32,178 nucleotides of DNA from an uncultured virus (IMG/VR IMGVR_UViG_3300037961_002446) (Duplodnaviria; Heunggongvirae; Uroviricota; Caudoviricetes), in IMG/VR virus record IMGVR_UViG_3300037961_002446, positions 62,001 through 94,178 of that record. The stretch is one strand, 5' to 3'. Under the pieces are notes generated by a model. The model was not told the origin of the DNA. It did no database searches and saw only the letters and a list, made by a program, of their open reading frames with translations. A program made the position numbers and the translations under genes. Positions 27,327 to 32,178 of this stretch are shown here, piece by piece (the stretch's first letter is position 1; the number at the start of each line of letters is the position of its first letter).

Positions 27327-29285
27327 TCACTCAATCAGTTGTTGTTTTTTGAATTCTTTAATTGCTAAAGGAACATTACTTTGTTTATACGGGAAAAAGT
27401 CTTGGTAGTCTTTTGTGAAGTCTTCTAGTCTTAGTTTAAATCCGCTAATTAGTTCTTCTTTTGCTTCTTTTAGGAATTGTGGCATTTTATCATTTAATTC
27501 ATTAGCGAGTTCCAACTGCTTACTAGTGTTATCCCTGTTCTTATCTATAGATATGAATGTATCGGCAATTAAACCGTCTTGTCCTTCGTCCATAATACCC
27601 TGTTCGCCTAGCCTAGATAATATAATCAAACTGTTCTTTGGTGATAATTTATCCATTACTGTTGCACTAGAAGCGTCTGATTCTGTAAGTTTAGTTAGGC
27701 CTCCTTCTTCATTATTGGAATAATCAACAATAAACTGAGCAAAATCGCTAGTATCTAACATGGTTTGTCTTAATTTACCCAAACCTATCTTAGTCCCTTT
27801 TTCTTTTTCCTTGTTTTCAATATCTTCCATTAATTCTTTAGGAGAAGTTTCATCATCATCTAAAAATATCTTAGCATAAGCAATATCTGTTCTTTCTCCT
27901 TGAGAAATAGGCTTGTCAAACTCATCGTAGTATTCTATTTCTAAATCACCAAAAATAAACTCGGCATCATCTGTATCGTCATAAATTTCTTGGAAAGCCT
28001 GTGCTTCTTTCACAGTAAATTTACCTTGATACTTGTCTTGGAATACATTTCTTTGATATGCAGAAGTTTGGCGATTAAATTCTTGTCTTAGAGTAGTATC
28101 TTTATCTAAAAAATTCTTAATTTTCTTTCTATCTTGTTTTTGATTATTTGTGAGTTTAATATCTCTAAAAGGAATAAGATTTGTTCCTAAACTGCTCTTG
28201 TCAGGATTATTTGGACTGCCTAGACCTTCAATAATAGAATCAATGAACATTCTTTCAGCAAGACTCTCGCTAACAAACGCATTCATTCTAACTGCGGAGA
28301 AGAAATCATTAAACCATGAATCTCCTGTAAAACTAGCAGTAATTAACAACTTACCATAGGGATTTAGTGCCAAAGAGTTCTTTCTACCCGATGCTCTTTC
28401 CAAAAATATAGCATCAGATGGGAACTCAAAGCCATTTTCCATAACTTTAGGCTCAAATTTAGAAATATCTCCACCAATGGCCTCAAGTGCTAGAATATAT
28501 CTCAACACATTGTTAGAAGTGAAGGGTTCTCTTACTGTAAAGGACACATTTGAGGCTAACATGGTGTCAGTTTCAGAAACAGAAGAGAGTGTTCGCTCTT
28601 GTCCCTCCAAATCGGGCTTGTATTGTCTAATTTTCTCAGAATAGAGAGATTTTGCCTCATCATTTTGCCTAATCGCATCTCTAACCGCCTTCGCACTATC
28701 CAAATTGGTCTGAATTGTGTCATTTTTGACTTCTCCTCCGATTGCATTCGCAAATTCCGAGATTGAAACCGTAAAATTTTCTTTTTCTTCGGCATTTGAC
28801 GGTATGGATTTAAACTCAATGACGAAACCATCAGCAAAAGAGTCAAAAACTCGCATTTTAGCCCTTAATTTTTTATTTCTTTGAAGACTTCTTTGTGATT
28901 TTCCTTTAGCGTCTTTGATTTTTTGAGAAAGTTCAGCAAATTTGGCTTCATTACCCTCATTTTTCGCTGAAATTGCTTCATCAAGTAGCGTTTCAAGTGC
29001 TTTTGTTTCGCTAACTTGTTCATCTTTTACTGAGTCAAGAACTTTTTTCAGATTTGCCTCTATTTTTTCCTTAGAAATATTAGGTAGAGGTAATTTTTTC
29101 ATCATAGATTCAACTGTTATGTTGTTTCCTTTTATGTTTCTAAGAAGACCTTTGAATCCTGCGCTCAATGTTTCTGAATTTTTGATTTCTTCTATCAATG
29201 AATCTGTTTTAGAATCATCAGCAAGGGCAATTAGCAAAGTAATATCTCTTTGCGGTTGCGCTTTTAGAAGAATTTGCCAACTCAT
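27327..29285 (-). CDS. Large hypothetical protein with MSWQILLK leader
   Basis: 652 aa, ATGA-coupled to the upstream gene. Confidence 0.75.
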   Translation of the reverse strand: MSWQILLKAQPQRDITLLIALADDSKTDSLIEEIKNSETLSAGFKGLLRNIKGNNITVESMMKKLPLPNISKEKIEANLKKVLDSVKDEQVSETKALETLLDEAISAKNEGNEAKFAELSQKIKDAKGKSQRSLQRNKKLRAKMRVFDSFADGFVIEFKSIPSNAEEKENFTVSISEFANAIGGEVKNDTIQTNLDSAKAVRDAIRQNDEAKSLYSEKIRQYKPDLEGQERTLSSVSETDTMLASNVSFTVREPFTSNNVLRYILALEAIGGDISKFEPKVMENGFEFPSDAIFLERASGRKNSLALNPYGKLLITASFTGDSWFNDFFSAVRMNAFVSESLAERMFIDSIIEGLGSPNNPDKSSLGTNLIPFRDIKLTNNQKQDRKKIKNFLDKDTTLRQEFNRQTSAYQRNVFQDKYQGKFTVKEAQAFQEIYDDTDDAEFIFGDLEIEYYDEFDKPISQGERTDIAYAKIFLDDDETSPKELMEDIENKEKEKGTKIGLGKLRQTMLDTSDFAQFIVDYSNNEEGGLTKLTESDASSATVMDKLSPKNSLIILSRLGEQGIMDEGQDGLIADTFISIDKNRDNTSKQLELANELNDKMPQFLKEAKEELISGFKLRLEDFTKDYQDFFPYKQSNVPLAIKEFKKQQLIE

Positions 29286-29944
29286 TGTAATTTCTCCTGC
29301 ATCTTCTGTTTAATATCTAACCAAATTTCAGGATTGTTCTGTGCTAAAACTTCCTGAACAATTTGCATCTGTGCAACAATAACAGTATCTTGTCGCTTGT
29401 GAACCAATTTACCCTTAAACTCCATGAGATATTTTAGGGACTCTCTAATTTCTCTAGCAAGTTTGGTTAGAGCGTCAATCATCTTAGGGTCTAAATCATT
29501 TCCTAAGTCATTGAATACTTGCTCCAATCTCAAATCTAACTTCTGAACATTGTTAGACAAAACATCTACTTCATTCAATTCTTTTGTGGCTATCATCATA
29601 GCCGCACTTTCTTGCACTATTGGAGTAAGATGGTTTTTTACATGGCGTTGAATTTGTGCCTTTGTTGTGTCTAAAGCGGAAGCCAAATCAGAACTTGTAA
29701 TTTCTCCATTCTGTAGTGCCAACTCGTAGTGCTTTCTCATTGGGTCTACACATAATTTACATTGGGGATTTGAATTTGATTTGTATTCTCCCATGTGGTT
29801 TCTTTGGTGTTGTGCCGCAGTTCCACTTCTCCAATTATATTCAGCGTCTAATTCATCACAGGTAATTTCACCTGCTTCCAACATTCTTTCAAGTTCTTCT
29901 CTATTTTCATGTTGGCAAAAACCACAACGCTTTCTAGTAACCAT
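29282..29944 (-). CDS. Tandem CxxC-HTH-HxxxH protein with coiled coil, possible terminase small subunit
   Basis: Two repeats, CGFC...HQRNH and CKLC...HVKNH, each enclosing an HTH-like helix pair, then an oligomerisation-type helix. Probable start MVTRK at 29944 (ORF track: 29974). Confidence 0.5.
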   Translation of the reverse strand: MVTRKRCGFCQHENREELERMLEAGEITCDELDAEYNWRSGTAAQHQRNHMGEYKSNSNPQCKLCVDPMRKHYELALQNGEITSSDLASALDTTKAQIQRHVKNHLTPIVQESAAMMIATKELNEVDVLSNNVQKLDLRLEQVFNDLGNDLDPKMIDALTKLAREIRESLKYLMEFKGKLVHKRQDTVIVAQMQIVQEVLAQNNPEIWLDIKQKMQEKLQ

Positions 29945-29946
29945 GA

Positions 29947-31083
29947 TTATCTTCTCCATAATCTTGCTTGCCACATTTTAGAAATTACTTTTTGGTCAGG
30001 TTTCATTCTGAATCCTTTTCCTTTTGGTTCATCATAGGTTTTAGGGAACGCTTCCTTTGCAGTTTTTCTATAATCAAAGCCACGCTTTCTAGCGTTTTGC
30101 CACGCTCTATATCCGTTTGGTGCTTTGTTAGTCCCTGCTCTCTTTAATGCTCTATCAACCAATTCAATAATTGGAGTTGCAGTAGAAGTCAATTTGAAAT
30201 CAATAATTTTACCCGCAGGAGTTTTCTTATCTCCTTCGGCATTAAATCTAGCAAGACTCGCTACAAGTTCTTGGTCTTTGTTTTTTAATTTGAAAGACCT
30301 TGCTTGTAAGTCTTGTCTTACTTTCTTTACTAAGAGTTTACCACCATTACTCCAAAAAGCAGGATTCTTGATAACACTATCAAAATAATCTCCAATAGCA
30401 CTAATCTCATCAAAATCTCTAGGTGGCGCACCGCCTCTTACTTCTTCTATTTCTAAATCACTAATCTCTAAATCATCTCTAACCATTTCTTTAGCCTCTT
30501 GCATAATAGCAAGTAGTCCTTTTGGTTTAGCCCATCTATTAGAAGATTCAGCGAATAGTGCTTCATGTGGTGGATTCTTTCCTGCAAACCATTCAGCAGG
30601 TGCGGCTTTCTTTCCTGTTTTCTTTTCATAAGCAGGACTTCTGTAGTGGCCTCTTAATTCCACCTTTCTTCTTTTCTTACCGCCTCTTGTTTCAACAAAT
30701 TCTGTAAATAGAATATCTTTAGGGTCTAAGGAAGTGTCTTTTAATTCAGCCAAAACTTCTGCCATAGCATTGATAATCATGGCTTCTCCTTGAGTAAATA
30801 CGCTACCGTCTACAATACCTTCAATGACTTGAAGTGCTTCTCTTGCACCTTGACCTTCTTTATCCGAATTAGCCGAACCGGGTCTAATGTTTCCAAATAC
30901 ATGAGTAAACAAAAAGTCATACAATGTAGGGACATTCTCTACATACAAATCATCACCGCTAATACTTTGGCAGTTTTCTTTCCAAGTTCGGAAGTCCTTT
31001 ACAAACTTGAAAGACTCAATGTTTTGATTGAAGGTATTGCCTCCCATCTTAACCTGTTTCTTTTTCTTAGTTTCCTTTACCAT
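29947..31083 (-). CDS. Hypothetical protein
   Basis: 378 aa, basic termini, GGAGG RBS. Confidence 0.75.
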   Translation of the reverse strand: MVKETKKKKQVKMGGNTFNQNIESFKFVKDFRTWKENCQSISGDDLYVENVPTLYDFLFTHVFGNIRPGSANSDKEGQGAREALQVIEGIVDGSVFTQGEAMIINAMAEVLAELKDTSLDPKDILFTEFVETRGGKKRRKVELRGHYRSPAYEKKTGKKAAPAEWFAGKNPPHEALFAESSNRWAKPKGLLAIMQEAKEMVRDDLEISDLEIEEVRGGAPPRDFDEISAIGDYFDSVIKNPAFWSNGGKLLVKKVRQDLQARSFKLKNKDQELVASLARFNAEGDKKTPAGKIIDFKLTSTATPIIELVDRALKRAGTNKAPNGYRAWQNARKRGFDYRKTAKEAFPKTYDEPKGKGFRMKPDQKVISKMWQARLWRR

Positions 31084-31204
31084 CTTCTTCTTCCTCCTTT
31101 TTCTTCTTTGAATATCTTATGTTGAATAAAGAAGGTGAAGATGTTGTGGTAACAGAACCCGCCATCTTTTCTTCTTCTTTACGGACAATATCTCGCCAAC
31201 TCAT
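31067..31204 (-). CDS. Unannotated 45 aa protein with MSWRDIVRK leader
   Basis: Manual translation MSWRDIVRKEEEKMAGSVTTTSSPSLFNIRYSKKKKEEEEDGKGN*. ATGA overlap with the upstream gene; fills the gap. Confidence 0.7.
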   Translation of the reverse strand: MSWRDIVRKEEEKMAGSVTTTSSPSLFNIRYSKKKKEEEEDGKGN

Positions 31205-31602
31205 TTTTGACCCCTCATTTGATTTTCTTTAGATGTTTTATCATCATCAATCGGGCCACCTTTAGCCCAAGTATAACAAGTTCTTGCTGAATGACATTTG
31301 AAATCGTGCATCCAACAATAACCTAAACGACCATCTTCATCGGTAGTTAATGGCATACAATCGTCCATTCTAGGTGAAATATCAAAAGCAATACAATTAC
31401 TACAGTTAGATTCTTTTGCTACATCAGCAGTAGTGTTCCATCTCTTAGCATACTTTTCCCAATATTCTTCATCTTCTAGATTAAGTGGCCCATATCTGAT
31501 ATTAGGGTTTTTAACTGCGGCATCTCTATTTTTAGTATTGAGCATCAAATCTTGTGTTGCTCTAGGACAAGTAAGTTCCTTAAGAATAATTTGCCAACTC
31601 AT
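31201..31602 (-). CDS. Cys-rich, HiPIP-like protein with MSWQIILK leader
   Basis: CSNCIAF...GYCWMHDFKCHSARTCYTW. Confidence 0.65.
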   Translation of the reverse strand: MSWQIILKELTCPRATQDLMLNTKNRDAAVKNPNIRYGPLNLEDEEYWEKYAKRWNTTADVAKESNCSNCIAFDISPRMDDCMPLTTDEDGRLGYCWMHDFKCHSARTCYTWAKGGPIDDDKTSKENQMRGQK

Positions 31603-31706
31603 TTCTTTTCACCCGTGACAAAACATTTCTTTGACTTTGCCTCGCTATCATCAACTTCTTTTGATTTTGCGTCAAACCAACTATCTAAGTAATTACACCT
31701 TGTCAT
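31599..31706 (-). CDS. Unannotated 35 aa protein
   Basis: MTRCNYLDSWFDAKSKEVDDSEAKSKKCFVTGEKK*. GGTGA RBS upstream; its stop overlaps the next ATG (ATGA). Confidence 0.6.
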   Translation of the reverse strand: MTRCNYLDSWFDAKSKEVDDSEAKSKKCFVTGEKK

Positions 31707-31707
31707 A

Positions 31708-32016
31708 TTATTCACCTAAGCCATGTTGGTCTACGGCTTGAAGTAACTCTAATATCTTAATATCCATTTTAGTTAATCCTGATTTGCCTCTTAGTTTATA
31801 CAATTCACCTTGTAAGTATTCGTGCATATCCGATGCGCTTACTCCTCCCAAACTGTTTCTAACTATGTTCTTTTTCATTCTCTTTTCATCATCAAATTGA
31901 GGAATAAGCGGTTGTTCTATAGAAGGTAGTCCTTGTTTTACTCTTTCTCTCGCTCTCTTAACATGGTCAGGAAGTTCCTCTTCCTCTTCATTCTTTAGAA
32001 TTTTTTCCCAAGACAT
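31708..32016 (-). CDS. Hypothetical protein with MSWEKILK leader
   Basis: 102 aa. Confidence 0.7.
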   Translation of the reverse strand: MSWEKILKNEEEEELPDHVKRARERVKQGLPSIEQPLIPQFDDEKRMKKNIVRNSLGGVSASDMHEYLQGELYKLRGKSGLTKMDIKILELLQAVDQHGLGE

Positions 32017-32018
32017 AA

Positions 32019-32177
32019 TTAATCCCTATCCGTAAAAGCACTTCTGTTTTTCTTTTTCTTGTCTTTAGCGGCCTGTTTCATGGATTCCTTTTTGTTTCCA
32101 TCACCGTCTAAATCTATGTAGTCGGGTTTAGCCCCTTCTGTTTTTTCAAATTGTTCTTTTTGACAAGAAGGACAATC
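32019..32177 (-). CDS. C-terminal end of a protein with a DxDxDG (EF-hand-like) motif, starts outside the window
   Basis: ...DCPSCQKEQFEKTEGAKPDYIDLDGDGNKKESMKQAAKDKKKK...D*. Confidence 0.65.
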   Translation of the reverse strand, partial: DCPSCQKEQFEKTEGAKPDYIDLDGDGNKKESMKQAAKDKKKKNRSAFTDRD

Positions 32178-32178
32178 G

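Noticed and set aside
28550..29100. Apparent shift toward more CG-containing codons in the 652 aa gene
   Set aside because: Impression only; needs a sliding-window codon or k-mer computation.
549..31618. All plus-strand ORFs in the track (e.g. 3016-3405, 9893-10291, 28942-29313)
   Set aside because: They are antisense shadows of long minus-strand genes; their S/L/F-rich composition is what reverse-complemented E/K-rich codons produce.
1..32178. CRISPR arrays, tRNA/rRNA genes, integrase or transposase
   Set aside because: None seen; intergenic gaps are under about 45 nt, leaving no room for such RNA elements.

Overview
This is a gene-dense, AT-rich fragment of a tailed dsDNA virus (Caudoviricetes), with every credible gene on the minus strand. 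It is most likely an archaeal magrovirus-like virus infecting Marine Group II/Poseidoniales. That call is an inference from the GGTGA/AGTGA Shine-Dalgarno motifs, an archaeal TATA box, a halovirus/magrovirus-type capsid and a DNA ligase inside the head module. In transcription order (right to left) the window holds: a cluster of small and large hypothetical proteins with a possible terminase small subunit; terminase large subunit; an HTH-LAGLIDADG-Nudix fusion; HMG-CoA lyase; portal; coiled-coil proteins; an extended ATP-dependent DNA ligase; prohead protease-scaffold; major capsid protein; a membrane-protein plus Arf-like GTPase cassette; putative neck and tail-completion proteins; and the start of a tail tube gene. 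Two candidate undescribed systems stand out. (1) About nine unrelated proteins start with an M-x-W-x-x-[IVL]-[LV]-K leader, which matches the C-terminal MDWSDIHK motif of the scaffold and suggests a capsid cargo-loading peptide system. (2) A five-gene cassette encodes an intact Arf/Sar-like small GTPase with membrane proteins and may act in membrane remodelling or egress. All functional calls come from motif recognition by eye; no database searches were run.
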